A program made the position numbers and the translations under genes. A DNA stretch of 63,904 nucleotides, the filler included, from Folioceros fuciformis (lineage: Eukaryota), in NCBI GenBank assembly GCA_049999805.1. It is 6 parts of 6 records of this genome, joined end to end, with 100 filler letters (N's around TTAATTAATTAA, not from the genome) between each part and the next. Parts side by side here need not be neighbours in the genome. Positions count along the whole stretch, not along the records: positions 15,366 to 32,394 come from JBNGIO010004581.1; positions 32,495 to 44,721 come from JBNGIO010004582.1; 4 more parts are not named here. The stretch is one strand, 5' to 3'. This document shows, piece after piece, positions 21,382-34,555 of the stretch (within the stretch, counting starts at the first letter, position 1; each line of letters opens with the position of its first letter). The notes beneath the pieces are model-generated. The model was not told where the DNA came from. It saw only the letters and a program-made list of their open reading frames with translations, and did not search any database.

Positions 21382-24300
21382 ATGGCCAGTATGACGCTGT
21401 CCAAAGCTTTTTCGCTTGTGGTGAGGCGGCTCAGTCTTTTTCACTTCTGTTTAATTGTTGCTGGAATGGCCGCATGCTGGTCTAAGGACAGGTCTGTATG
21501 TTCCTCTGTGGGAGGAGGAATTGACAGACGCCGTTCGAGGCTCTAGGAAGTGCAGAATTGCTGTTGTAATGGTTGAGGCGTGGTATGAGTGGACGACCTT
21601 GTGTTTGAAAATGTGCGTGCGTGTATTCATGCCTTGTCTTGTCGTGCAGACCGGGAGCTCAGTTAAGCCGTCTGAGAGGAGCAAGGCTGCTGCTCCCGCG
21701 CTTCTAGGGAATTTCGTGCAGAGTGTGAGGTGTGGAAGTAGCAGCTTCAACTGCGGGGCCGGGTTTGAGACTCTCAGCCAGAAGGCGAATGCGTCCGTGA
21801 GCGCAGTGCCGAAATGCAGCTCTCGCGGCAGTGGAGGTGCCCTTGCTGCTACCTGCGAGGAGAAGATATTGATCGCGAACAGAGGTGAAATTGCAGTGCG
21901 TGTTATCCGATCTGCACACGAAATGGGGATCCCCTGTGTGGCTGTGCACTCCACCATCGACAGGACGGCCCTTCATGTGCAGCTCGCGGATGAGGCAGTC
22001 TGCATTGGCGAGGCACCTAGCAGCCAGTCGTGAGTTTGTCTTTCCCTGGTTGCTGAAAGTATATGCCACGGAGTCTGGCTGCTCAAGAGTATGGATTGCG
22101 TTGTGCGTGGCAAGGCTTTTGATGCATCTCACGTTACAGGTACCTTAACATCCCGAACATAGTCTCGGCGGCTTTAAGTCGAAGGTGCACTATGTTGCAT
22201 CCTGGTTATGGTTTTCTCTCGGAGAATGCTACTTTTGTCGACATCTGCAAGGACCACGGGATCAACTTCATCGGTCCCAATGTAAGGAACAGGCATGTGG
22301 CTGCGTTCAGCTTTTGGTGGTTTGTATTCTTATGCACTGTATCTTAGGCTATCGTCTGGTGTACAGGCAGACAGCATTCGTGTGATGGGTGACAAGTCCA
22401 CAGCCAGGTCAACCATGCAAAAGGCTGGAGTACCAACCGTCCCTGGCAGTGCTGGGCTTATCGAGGTGTGGCTTTCAATTCGGATGTCAATACCAGCTCC
22501 GGGTTTGTAGTCTGTGGGAACTCATCTTCGTGTTCGTTGCTGTTGACAGACAACGGAGGAAGCAGTCAGAACGGCTGAGGAGATCGGGTTCCCAGTGATG
22601 ATCAAGGTAATCCTGTGACCTTGCAACACGTACCTGGGAACCGTCTGTTGTACTTCAGGTGAGGCTTTTGGCTGATGTAGAGTTGTTGCTGCTGCTTCAG
22701 GCAACTGCGGGAGGGGGTGGTCGTGGGATGCGACTTGCCAATGAGCCAGGAGAATTTGTCAAGTTGTTGCAGGTCTGATTTCGTATTTTTTAGTGCCAGA
22801 AAGGGTTCTTAGCTGGTGACCAGTTTCACGTAATTTTGCATGATCCCATCGTCTCCTTCTTAGGAGGCTCTGATTAGAGGCAGTTTTCTGTCTCTGTTGC
22901 TAATGGAACGTGGTTTGCAGCAAGCAAGGGCTGAAGCAGGGGCTGCGTTCGGCAATGATGGCGTTTATCTTGAAAGATTCATCAAGAATCCTAGGCACAT
23001 CGAGTTTCAGGTCGGTTTGCAGAACCACCTTTCCTTTTGTTCCTTCATGTGGGTGTGTAGACATGCTTCTTACAGTTTGAACTTCATCAGGTCCTTGCAG
23101 ACAAATATGGGAATGTGGTTCATTTGGGGGAGCGCGATTGCAGTATCCAGGTAAATTCTTTGCTTTGGATAGTCACGGATCCTGGTTCATTAACTACAAA
23201 CTCAAATGAGAATACTAGGTTGATGACCGCACCATGATATTGTCTGATATTAGCGTATGGCGCCTGCAATTTTCCATGGCAATGGCAGAGAAGAAACCAG
23301 AAACTTCTTGAGGAGGCTCCATCGCCTGCACTGACTCCTGAGCTTCGCAAGGCCATGGGAGATGCTGCAGTCGCCGCTGCTGCATCCATTGGTTATATCG
23401 GAGTGGGAACAATTGAATTTCTTCTTGATGAGGATGGTAAAAGTTTCTACTTCATGGAAATGAACACACGTATTCAGGTACGACATCCCTCTTCTTGCAA
23501 GCTTTGGGGTTAGTGCCCTCCGAATGTTCGAGAAGTCTAATGCAAGGAGGGTCTCCGTTTACCAGGTCGAGCATCCAGTGACAGAGTTGATCTCTTCGAC
23601 TGATCTGATCGAGGAGCAAATTCGAGTTGCGTTGGGACATAAGCTTCGTTTCACGCAGGTGAACTAGCATTCAGGAGTATGGTTTTCCAATAGCAAGATC
23701 TGTGTATTAATGTCATTTTCTTGTCCAACTATAGGAAGACGTGGTGCTTCGTGGGCATTCCATTGAGTGTCGTATAAATGCAGAGGATGCTTTTGCAGGT
23801 TTCCGGCCAGGCCCAGGTAATGTCTAGAACCAAAGGCCGGTGTCGGGTTGTTAAGCCCTCGCATCTGGGATGTCGCTTATTGCCCCCGCCGGAACTGTAT
23901 TTGTGCAGGCCGCATCACGGGCTATCTTCCTCCAGGTGGGCCGTTTGTCAGAATGGACAGTCACATCTACGCTGACTATGTCGTGCCTCCGAGCTATGAT
24001 TCTCTTTTGGGGAAGGTGAGCACGTTGTGGGTCGCATTTGCGCGGCGTTGACTTCTTCTGAGTGCCACCCTCACTTTGTGCACCTCTGCGCCAGTTGATT
24101 GTATGGGGACCTACCAGAGAAAGAGCTATTGCGCGCATGCAACGTGCCTTAAACGATACGATTATCACAGGTATCCCTTATATTAGTTCCTAGTTGTTGA
24201 TGGAAATCGCAGATCACAACAGTATTCTCATGGGCTTCCCTCATCTAACTTCTTGCACAGGCATACCCACGACAATTGAGTACCACAAGCTTATTCTGGA

Positions 24301-24611
24301 CGTTCAGGTCTGGCTGTTCTACTTACTGTGAATTCAATGATATCACTTCCAGTAGGAGGCTTGATTGACTAACAAAAACACCCTTTCCCAGGACTTCAAG
24401 GATGGAAAAGTAGACACCGCCTTCATCCCGAAACATGAAGAGGAGCTCCGAGCTGTAGGACATCTTTCACTTTCTTGTCTGTCCCGCCTGCTGGTGTGCT
24501 TCGTGTGCAGAGAGGCAGGATCTCATCCTTGTCGGTTTGATTGTGCAGCCACAGGCGTTTCCGGTACTGCCCAAGTTAGAGGAGCCCGTGAAAGTTGGAG
24601 CCACAGCGTAG
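21382..24611 (+). CDS. CAC2: Plastid biotin carboxylase subunit of heteromeric acetyl-CoA carboxylase (multi-exon)
   Basis: Transit peptide, [69 protein letters not shown]; many short GT-AG introns; stop TAG 24609-24611. Confidence 0.96.
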
Positions 24612-24993
24612 AGAACGAGAACGTGTCTGGCCATTGAACGGCTGAGCTTTGCCGTCGAGTTCACCTCTCGTCAAACCGATGGAAAACCAAATTATTGACG
24701 TGATGGTCTTTAACTTTTTGGTAGTGAGCTACCCCAACATATTTACCTTGAGACTAGATTGAATTGCGGGCTGTTAAACCTGATACACGCATTGGAGTGA
24801 CTAGTTCACTTTCTCTTATTATCGGTTTGAAACCACATCAAAAAGCCACGCACAGGGTGTGTGGTTACGAACTTTTCGATGGTGAGTTTCTTGCGAACAG
24901 ACCTAGACCACATGGAAGCTGATTGAAGTGTTATTTTTTACCTGAACCAGAATTTTATAGAGATCAGCCTGAGGAGATAGGGAGTATGAGCGG

Positions 24994-25098
24994 GCAAGAA
25001 CAAGCATGAGATAGGAAACAATCATGAGATAGGAGACAATCATGAGATAGGGCAAGAACAAGCATGAGATAGGAGATAAGGAACAATCATGAAATAGG
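24994..25098. repeat. Irregular minisatellite built on CATGAGATAGG cores
   Basis: Five copies of catga(g/a)atagg separated by aaacaat / agacaat / gcaagaacaag-type spacers. Confidence 0.75.
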
Positions 25099-25835
25099 TA
25101 AACTGTTATGCAAGTTATTTAGGGTTTAATTTCATTATTGAAAATGAGATGGGAAGTCCATATACTCCAAAGATGGGAGGAACAAGATAGAGAGGGCCAA
25201 AGGTAACAAGGGAGAAGCCCATATGCACAACACAACATTTCATTGTTTGGAACAAATTGTACAAAACACTATTTCATGTTATCTAGGAAGAACAAAATTA
25301 GAAGTCAACAAGCCCCTCAAACATGCGCAAGACAACATTTCACGTTCGTAACTAATTGCACATGACATTATTTCATGTTCATAGCTAATACTGGGATGAA
25401 CAAAATCAAAAATCAAAACAAAATAGGAATCAGCACTTGTTAACAAATCCTTCGTGTCGCATTCCGCATACCGTTGCACAAATCTTTCCAGGTGAGACAC
25501 TTTTGTGCATTATGTGCCCTTGCTCTTCCTTGGCCAACCCTTCTATAGTGTGCCACCCATTTCCTACATGGTCACTCCGCGAATTTTAATTGGCATGCAT
25601 ACCGTTTTAAGACAACTCAACTGGCTGTGCATTGATGGGCATGCGCAGAACATGGTACCACAATCTTGAGCGAAATGGGGAAATGCGGGAATGTTGGAAT
25701 TGCGGGCAGTTAAATCCGACCGAAGGGTTGGAATCAACAGGGCAAGTTGTCTTCCATGCCTGTAAAGAGGCAACGTTGCAGAAAACCAGCTGACACCGTC
25801 ACATGTTCGTAACTAATCTGCTACCACGCGGACTT

Positions 25836-28603
25836 CTAAGTCCGAATGACATAGGAATTGGCGCTCGTGACGTATCTCACCCAGCGGTAAGGGTTGAAGG
25901 ACTTGGATTTCCTCACAAGCTGGAGATAACGCACCTGCCACAAAGGAACGACTACGTTTGAACGACTTGGACGAAGTTGGATCAGTTCAACCCATAAAAC
26001 GCAGCAAGCACGCACACGAACCTGGAGTCTAGACGCATTGAACATCGGAATCGTGAAATTCATGCTCACGGAACCGGATTCTTTCTTGATGTTCCCTGGG
26101 TAAGATCAAACAAGAGGAATTAACAGAATTCCTCCATCAAGCATGCACTTCAAAAAGCTTACGCTGTGAAAATAACGATGACAAAACCACATGGCCAATT
26201 TGGAGTACCATTTCGTTCTTGAGTCAACGTAAGCTTGACTCGCAAAGTATGATCAGTGCCTCCCACAACCTACGAGAGAAAGAATGCAGCCGAAGAACTT
26301 AGAATGGGGAAAGCCACTATTCCAAGAGAAAGGTCCCATAACAGAAAGAAAGAGAGAAAGATAGAACCCTCACCTTCTTGAGATGCCATTCCATTGTTTT
26401 GGTTGATTCTTTGAAATCCGCTGTCTGCCCGGCTGCTCCGGTTTCCAGCTCAAAGCTGACCCTGTAACAGAAGCACAGAACTACTCTGACACCTGTGTTT
26501 CAAATGTGGTAGGCTACAGCAAACTGAATCTATGAGGCTGTAACCTTGACGTTGATTTTGGAAGAGGCAAACGCAGCACAACAGTGTTTGCTGAGATGGT
26601 GGAGGCAAAATCGGCTCGGACCTTCAGGACGACCTCGGCCTGCAGGACCACACGGAACTGTGACCCAATACTCTTTGCCAAAAGGTAGTACGTATTCTCG
26701 TGACAAAATGCAGCTCTGAAGACCACCTTAAAAGGGCCGGTCTCCTCGATAACTGGAAAAACTCTGAATGGAGGTTTAAACTCCTGGGTCATCCGGTAGT
26801 TCATTACAGCAAACTCCCCATCAGGAGGTACCTGTTTGAACAACATGGTTTCAACCATGATGAAGATCCTCAGAAACTAAAACAGCACGGGTGGATACAG
26901 ATGTTAGCCAAATAGTTCAACGGTGTTAGGAACACCAACCAGAGTAAGGGTGCGATCTACTTCAAAGTCATCGAGCCGCACAGATTCATGGAAGTTGCAG
27001 TCATCCAGTATTACGGTGTTCATTCCTGTTGACACGCTATAATCCGATGCTGCATGTGAATGCCACATAGACACAGCCATGCTTCATCATTACCCTCAGA
27101 AAGCCATGGTCATACATTTGGGCATCGGTTTATGAATTCTGAAACATCTCTGACCGGCAAATGCAACAGCGACAACTGGAAGTGATTGCCCTTACTCTAC
27201 ATGCTCACAGCCTTCAAACTAGTGCAGCGAATGATATAGTAACCCCTCGTTGGACCCTTCCCACTCCCTCCCCTCAGGACGATTCCTTGCTAGAGGAAGA
27301 GAAACTTACCAAAGCCTGATTGTGAAGAACGCCCAATATTCAGATCCTCATTTAGAGCTACTTTGATCTCTGGATTCCCAGTCAAGTAGCTTTTCATCTG
27401 GATAGTACCATCAACCTCCGACGTCAAAATGTAGCCCTGCAAGTGCAACACTCCTCTCAGTGACCGCATGAAACGGATGAAGTGTGAAGATTCCAGTTGT
27501 GAGTAGTCCGTTGTACGTTTGAATCGAAAGTCACACTAATTTTCTCAATGATGTCCACAAAGACTTCTTCCCGCCTTCTGCCCCCTCCTTCAGTTGACAC
27601 AACTGACTTTGTCACAGCAGTTCCAGGCACGCGCTTAGCTCCTTGCTGAGACAGAAGGTTACCACCCTTTCGTTAACTGCCTGAACTACCAGCTCTCCTT
27701 CTTCATCTCTAACACATGCCAGAAAATTCAGAATTTAACGATCACAATCCATCCCACAGGATCGACTGTGTCTTAAAGGGCTTACAACAAATATTGCTGC
27801 AGGGCCAAGAGATGGAATACGTGCAGACTCCACAACCACAGGCTCATTAAAGACAAAGGACTTCAAAGCTTCCGTGGATGTGGTTTGTGGATAGCCAAAA
27901 TCCTGAGGACAGCCAGTCAGATCTGAGCACAAGAGCTGAACAGAAAGAAGATAGAAGCATGGGTGGGATACACGACTGACTGGTCTTCACTCACAATCAT
28001 TTCATCGAGCAGCTCGTAAACCAGCACAAAGTTCTTCCTGAGAGAATCCTCGTTCAAAACCCCGAGATAGTCTTTGGTCACTCTGGCAATCCGTTGAAGC
28101 AGTTCCAAGACGAGAGCAGGAGAAACGTTCACTCGCGTAGTGGCCACAAAAAGCAGTCCCGCAACCTTCACGTGAAGGTAGTTTACAGCATCCACATTCT
28201 GCAACGCATCGGAAAACCTTTGAAAGCATTGCAAACGAGTCTACCCTCCAGAAAACTAGCCACAAACCATTGACGGAAAAGAACCGATCAAACGGGAAGC
28301 CAGCACACCGAGTCATCGTGACGTGACAATGTTATGGAATACCTACGAACACAGGAGGTGCCTCTTCACTCTCGTCCCCCTCTTCACCCTTCCAGAATTT
28401 GACTTTGCGGAAAAAGATCTCGGCGCTTCCCTTGGGCACATCGCCTCTATCTGCGTTACAAATCTCCCCCAGCATTTCAGTAGGTGCAACACTTCTGTTC
28501 CATACCAAAGATCAGCAAGACAGACCTTCAGATAGAAATCCTTACAATCCCTGAAAATGATGTTATCACCCCGTAGGGAAAGGACAAACAACTGCGATAT
28601 CAT
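25836..28603 (-). CDS. AP4M: AP-4 complex subunit mu (multi-exon)
   Basis: MISQLFVLSLRGDNIIFRD, LNEDSLRKNFVLVYELLDEMI|DFGYPQTTSTE, PPDGEFAVMNYR, C-terminal NPYRWVRYVT. Confidence 0.95.
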
Positions 28604-29328
28604 TCTAAAACCGTCTGGAAGATCTAAGCCTGCATGAAGGAACACAACACCATCACAGGTCGTCAGCCGTCATGATCGTGGACAAAAAGCAGCATAAAGC
28701 ATGGGTACTCTCAAGAAATGCCAAGCATGTGATACACCAATCACCCAACACCTGGAAACCCGGAAGAAAACGAGCTGACCGCAGGGATCCGGGGCTACAA
28801 CGTCAGATGAAGAGCTCGACCAGAAACCAGCTGCTCGTGAGACCCACGACGGCCACTAAGCTGACCGATCCTTGCAATTGAGAGTCCGAGATCAGTTCCG
28901 ACCTTCACACATTCACTACCTCGATCGCAAGAGGATTCGCAAAGAGAGTAATGAAGTTGTCCGGCCCGTAAAACGTATGGGAACCAGGGTATTTTTCGAC
29001 CCGGTTGCTCGTAGGTCTTGGATAGAGGTACAAGTTTCGCGAGAGTGGTACCCCAGCTCTGACACTTCAGCACCACCCAGCTCTGTGAGTCTGAGTGCAA
29101 GTGAACACCTCGCTGTTGCGCGATCTGTAAGCTTTCAGAAGCCACAGTTTTTTCGTGAAGGACGTCTGGTCTTGGTGTGCTTCGTTCTTTCGAAATTTAT
29201 CTCAAGTGTTGGGTTCAGGTGTGTTGTGGCGAGGTCTACCGAATTTCAGAGAAAGCTGTTGGAGGTGATCTATCCGGGTTTGATTTTCATTGCGTTCACC
29301 TGAGGTTGCCGTCGTTGCTGTGCAGAAC

Positions 29329-29558
29329 ATGGCAATTTACAGGAGGTGGAATATTGCATCAGGGCCTCTGGTTATGCTGGCTGCCGCTTTTGTCGCTGTC
29401 ACTGCAGCTACATACTTGACCACCACTAGTGTAAGTTCATGGCGTTCTGAAAGCTTGGTGTGGGTATCTCGCTTCGTTTGTCTCGGAACTTGAGTATTGA
29501 CTTGCATTGTCAGGGCACGAGTTCCAGTGGTAACAAGCCTCCGAAGAAGGAGAAATGA
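29329..29558 (+). CDS. Putative 48-aa single-pass membrane microprotein (exons 29329-29430, 29514-29558)
   Basis: MAIYRRWNIASGPLVMLAAAFVAVTAATYLTTTS|GTSSSGNKPPKKEK*; GTAAGT donor, TTGTCAG acceptor, and an acceptor-like TGCAG just before the ATG. Confidence 0.6.
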
Positions 29559-30098
29559 GGGAATTCCGGGAATGTCACAACAGGATGTTTCGATGTTTGC
29601 ATAAGATGTTTCCATCCGTGCCTATCGATGAATTGGGTGCCGGTATTGACAATTTTTGTCGTAGCGCTCCCAGAGCTTCACATGGGTGTAGGGCTTTGTT
29701 TTGATGGACCCTCGACGCTCCAAAGATCTCTTTGTTGTGCACAGGTTTTGGGATGCGTCTTAGGGTAAACCATGGAAGTTTGAAAGAAATCCGGCAACAT
29801 TGAGACAGCGGTGGACAGCGAGTGCGAGTGTGATTGCAGTGTTCACCGTTCAACAGGGCTGTACAGCCAAACAAAAATTGAAAAGCATGTGACAAGGTGA
29901 CTGGTTTCTGTGCCTCTCGACGTATGTGCATATGTAATCACGCACCTATCGTCCAATTCTCCCTGGACTTCTCGTTGCAAGCTACCAGAGCTGCTAGCAC
30001 AATTTCGACATGTCTTAATGCCCAGTACTCGTCAGAAGTCTGAACTGGGTTTGTGCTAGCTAAACCGCAGACCAGAAATGGTACAAAGGCATAAATGA

Positions 30099-31469
30099 TT
30101 ACTGCCGCTCTATGACTTGTAGAACCTTCTTGATAATCCGCTGCAGAGCTGATGCGCTAGATGTGCATTGTGGGTCTGCAAAGCAAGAACGTCCCTCTTC
30201 AGCTGCTCTTCCCAACCTAGGATCTAGAGGAACTCGCCCAAGAAAAGGCACATTCATTGCTTTCGCCATCTTCTCTGCACCTCCGGCACCAGCATAGAAC
30301 ACCTCGGAGCAGGCAAAGACGGAGAGCAGATGAGGAGCGTGTCGTTTGATCTCATCCAGCACTTGGTCAGTAACATCCTCCTCTTCCCCACTATCTGAGA
30401 ACTTCTTGAACTCCAGGCTTTCTAGTGGCTGTTGCAAGGAACTCATGTTCTCCACAACACCGAGGACAGGGATTCCTACTTTTCTACAGAAGTTAACCTC
30501 TTTTCTGACATCGATGAGGGACACTTCTTGCGGGGTAGTCACTATGATTGCCCCATCAACGTTTGTAGCCTTCAGATACTGTGCTATAGAAATGTGCTCA
30601 TCTGAGGTGCCGGGAGGGGCATCTACGATAAGGTAATCCAAGTCCCCCCAGTAAACATCCTTCAAAAACTGCTTGATCAAACCATTCTTCCGCGGACCCC
30701 TCCAAATGACAGCCTCATCTGGATCCGACAGCATGAACCCAATGGACATGACACCAAGATTATCTTCCACATAAACAGGAGACCAACCCAGGTTACTCTG
30801 ATGTATCTCTTGACCTTCGAGACCTAACATCTTAGGTATACTAGGCCCACATATATCGATGTCCAGCAGCCCCACTTGCTTGTCTCTAGCAGCAAGCGCA
30901 AACGACAGCTGCGCTGCAAAGGTGCTCTTCCCAACTCCACCCTTCCCAGACAGCACCAGCACTTTATGTGCCACGGTACTCATACGATCTGCTATGTCGA
31001 CTAAGTCTGAAAACACAAGGTCAGCTTAATTTTCCTCTTGCTACTCACAGAGGTTAGGGATTCACAGCCACTCGGTCAGACCATTTGAACACAGCCCGAC
31101 CGCACACATCTCAACACAGCTGGACAAACACGAACCTGGATCAGGACCCTTGGGAGCCGTGGCACAAGCCTGCTGATTAGGACATCCCTCGCAGGCCGCT
31201 GCTTTTCCAGCTGTGTCAGCTTCCGTCCCAGGACAATCTGCCACAAGATACATCCATGCGATCCGGTCAGTACGCCTGCTGCGTCGCAGAATTTCCACAC
31301 CGCCTACTCAAACATGAGTGCTCCTCCTCCAGGCACACTCTCCAGCACACCGAAAGAGAATTGAAGCCTTCATTCAATTGCTTGAGCTACAAGGCACGCA
31401 GCAAGTACGTGGATTAGCGTCCTCCGGGACAGCGCCGAAGGCAAGCTCTTCGTTACCGCCATTCCCCAT
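30099..31469 (-). CDS. NBP35: Cytosolic Fe-S cluster assembly factor NBP35 (3 exons)
   Basis: [25 protein letters not shown]-terminal cluster motif, [10 protein letters not shown] Walker [27 protein letters not shown]. Confidence 0.97.
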
Positions 31470-31836
31470 CCCTCCTCCAGTACTTGCTGTCAGTCGCGCT
31501 GTGGAGTCCTCAACGCACAGCCTTTGCAGAAAGCCACAATAACAAGCAGTAGCCAGACAAACACACTTTCCGAACGGCCCCACTTCGTCCGATAGTAAAA
31601 TGAGTCTCAGGTATTCCCCCACAACAAGTCAATAACAGGAAAATAAAAAATATCTAGCGTGAATAAAAAGCTGCACATCACATTCGTCAGAACAATTCTG
31701 CCCTAAATTAAAATTCAACATTATACCCGCCCATTCAAACCATGTCATCATCCTCCTCTACAGTTATCTTATTGATTAAAGTATCATTACTAATTAAATT
31801 TTATCTAAGACATTTTATCTGGTTGGCAAGAGAATA

Positions 31837-32394
31837 CTACAAAATGTGGCAAAACTCTTTAATCTCTTGTCTCCTCTTCATTTTCTGAATGTGAAAACAA
31901 CTGCCAATTCGACATTGCGCACAACCTGGTTGACGCTTTGGTTCCACATCTTTGGTCTTGAAAGTTTTGGGTTGAGCACCTCCTCCTTGAAGCGAGAAAA
32001 TGGGCTTCCAATGCAAGTCTTCTTTCTTTGATTCATTGGATTTAGTGCGAAAAAAAAACACAACAACCGTGATATCTTCATGAAACTTCCTTCGATGGCC
32101 GATCCCAATTTTCAAAAGATCACTATAACTCATACGGTGTTTCCTTGCAGCCTCTTTTAGAGCCACTTCCACAAGAATTCGAGCAATATCCTACAAACCA
32201 TTTGAGCAAGAATAAGAGACGATAGAAAGTTAACGATAATTTTGCAAGAAAAAAAAAATGTAGCATACCTTTTGACCTGTTTTAGCAATAATATCTATTG
32301 CACGTTGATTGTTTATGTATTGCCAAAATCCACGAGTTGCAATCACAAGGAATTCGTCATTTATCGAGAGCAGACGCCCCGATACATGTGCCTC
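31837..32394 (-). CDS. C-terminal two exons of a divergent clade-D PP2C-like protein (5' part lost in gap)
   Basis: DEFLVIATRGFWQYINNQRAIDIL|DIARILVEVALKEAARKHRMSYSDLLKIGIGHRRKFHEDITVVVFF resembles the PP2C.D C-terminal signature. Confidence 0.8.
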
Positions 32395-33497
32395 NNNNNN
32401 NNNNNNNNNNNNNNNNNNNNNNNNNNNNNNNNNNNNNNTTAATTAATTAANNNNNNNNNNNNNNNNNNNNNNNNNNNNNNNNNNNNNNNNNNNNGCTTAA
32501 TCAAATGCCTCACGTGACCTTCCTACGTGTTCAAGGTGGGAGAAAAAACTTGTGATCTTGCTCACGTATTTAAGGAGGAAAAGCTTCCTCTCAAGTGGAA
32601 AAAAACACCTTATATCGTTCCAATGAAAAAAAAAAAAAAAAAAAACAAGCTTATGCTGTAGCTTAGGTACTCATTTATGCTTGCTCTAGTCTAGTTTAGG
32701 GTCTATGATTTGGATTTTTTTTTCTTATTATCTTGATTATATATTGTACATATTATATGATCCTATATATTGTATGATCATATAATATATATGATCAAAT
32801 ATATTTAATTTAATTTTAATATAACTCAATTATTAACCAGTTACTATTTGCATATGATTATTTGATTAGTTGACAACACATGTTGCGTAAGGTGTAGAAG
32901 CTAATCCTTCACATTGAAATAGAGGCAAAAAGTAGAAAATAAGTGAAAACACTAAAATTGGATTTGCTTTGAAGAAGGAAACTGAAACAAACGAAGATTG
33001 GTTTTGCTTTGAACAAGCTCAATTAAGAGGCTTCTTCCCACTCTTAAAACAATTCTCTAACTTCGAGTTGTGAATTTATGTATGTGGCTTTGCACACCGC
33101 ATTGTCTAAGGTGGGTGGAATAGCTCCAAGGGATTGCTAGGTTAATTGCATGGCAAAAAATAGATGAATTGACTTGATTGGCACTAACCCATTTCTTTAT
33201 AAACAAGTATTAGGGCTTCAACATTATTACGGTGATTGTGAACATTTTGTAGTTCTGCAATCTGCAATCTACACCCACACATTACCTCTTAATTTGTAGG
33301 CTGAACTAAATGGCTTGCACACAAATAGACCTAAGAGGGGTCTCAGCAATAAAGGTAACTTGAATGAGTGAGGTACCACAACTCCGTATAACAACTGGTT
33401 TATGATTACACTTAGAGGCTACTTTCTCTTAGCAACTTGCATGCTTTTAACTTAAAAGTTGCATATGTAGTACTTAACTTCCAAGGCCTTCTCTTAC

Positions 33498-33737
33498 TAG
33501 TTGACATTGCCAATTGCACTTCTCTATAGTAGAATATGTGTCTAGTTAAGTTATTGCTAATTGTACTTTTGTGTATTGGAATTTGTGTCCAGTGAAGTTA
33601 TTGCTAATTGCACTTTTGTGTATTGTAATATGTGTCTAGTTAAGTTATTGCCAATTGCACTTTTGTGTATTGAAATATGTGTTTAGTTAAGTTCTTGCCA
33701 ATTGCACTTTGGTGTATTGGAATATGTATCTAGTTAA
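33498..33737. repeat. 47-bp AT-rich tandem repeat, ~5 copies
   Basis: Unit tagttaagttattgctaattgcacttttgtgtattggaatatgtgtc starting at 33543, 33590, 33637, 33684, 33731, plus a degenerate copy at 33498. Confidence 0.92.
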
Positions 33738-34149
33738 TCTAACACTCTAATCTACTCTAGAATCCACTCACGACACGAGAGAAGAAGGCTACACGGGATA
33801 TGAACAGGGCCTCATAAACAAAGAAGGGTGTATCCACGAAGGGGGAGCAAATCATACTATGGAAAACTTTGATCCAAAACCTGTTCTCTGGGTCAATGAA
33901 TACTTGGATGTATCTTAAACGTAGAAGACGGTGGTCAGCGTTTTTCCTTCGGAAATCCAATGTATACTTGCTCCTAACCTTGACTACCAATAAGTTGGTT
34001 CCAAGACGCTGCAACACACCTGCATTGCGAAGTGGGCTAGAGAATGCACTGGCATCAAATCAAGTAAGCAATCCTTTAAACTTAGTCGGTATTTCTCATG
34101 TAATCATTTGGGCTCATTGCTAGTCTTAGGTTTGGGCCCCAATCAACAT

Positions 34150-34360
34150 GGGCCTCTCTGGTGTACCTGATGCGCCTAGGTCTATGCCATGGCCTAGTCT
34201 GGGTGCTTGGCACGCCCAGGTGTGCGCTAGGGCCTCTTCGGGGTGCCTAACGCGCGCAGGTGTGAGCCAAGGCCTCTCTATGGTACCTTGCGCGCACAAG
34301 TCCACGTAAGGGCCATCCTCGGCTATCTGGCATGCACATGTGCGTACTAGGGCCATCGTT
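34150..34360. repeat. Diverged GC-rich 40-bp tandem array with phased GGCC
   Basis: GGCC at 34151, 34191, 34231, 34271, 34311, 34351. Confidence 0.8.
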
Positions 34361-34555
34361 CGTAGTTCCCCATGTGCCTTGACGTCCCTCGCGTGCACTA
34401 GGCTGCGTCAGTCGTGCATCATATGCATCTACTAGTTTTCGACTCTCAAAGTCTCTGTTCGACAACTTTACAAACTGGCTGTCGAATCCTTGTAGGCGTT
34501 TGATATAGCGCTTTCTTTCATTCGGAAAGAAATTGTCATTAGTGTGACGACGAGA

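Noticed and set aside
24171-24260. GTATCCCTT intron in CAC2 as a U12-type intron
   Set aside because: Donor deviates from GTATCCTTT and the branch region (catctaac) fits U2 rather than TTCCTTAAC.
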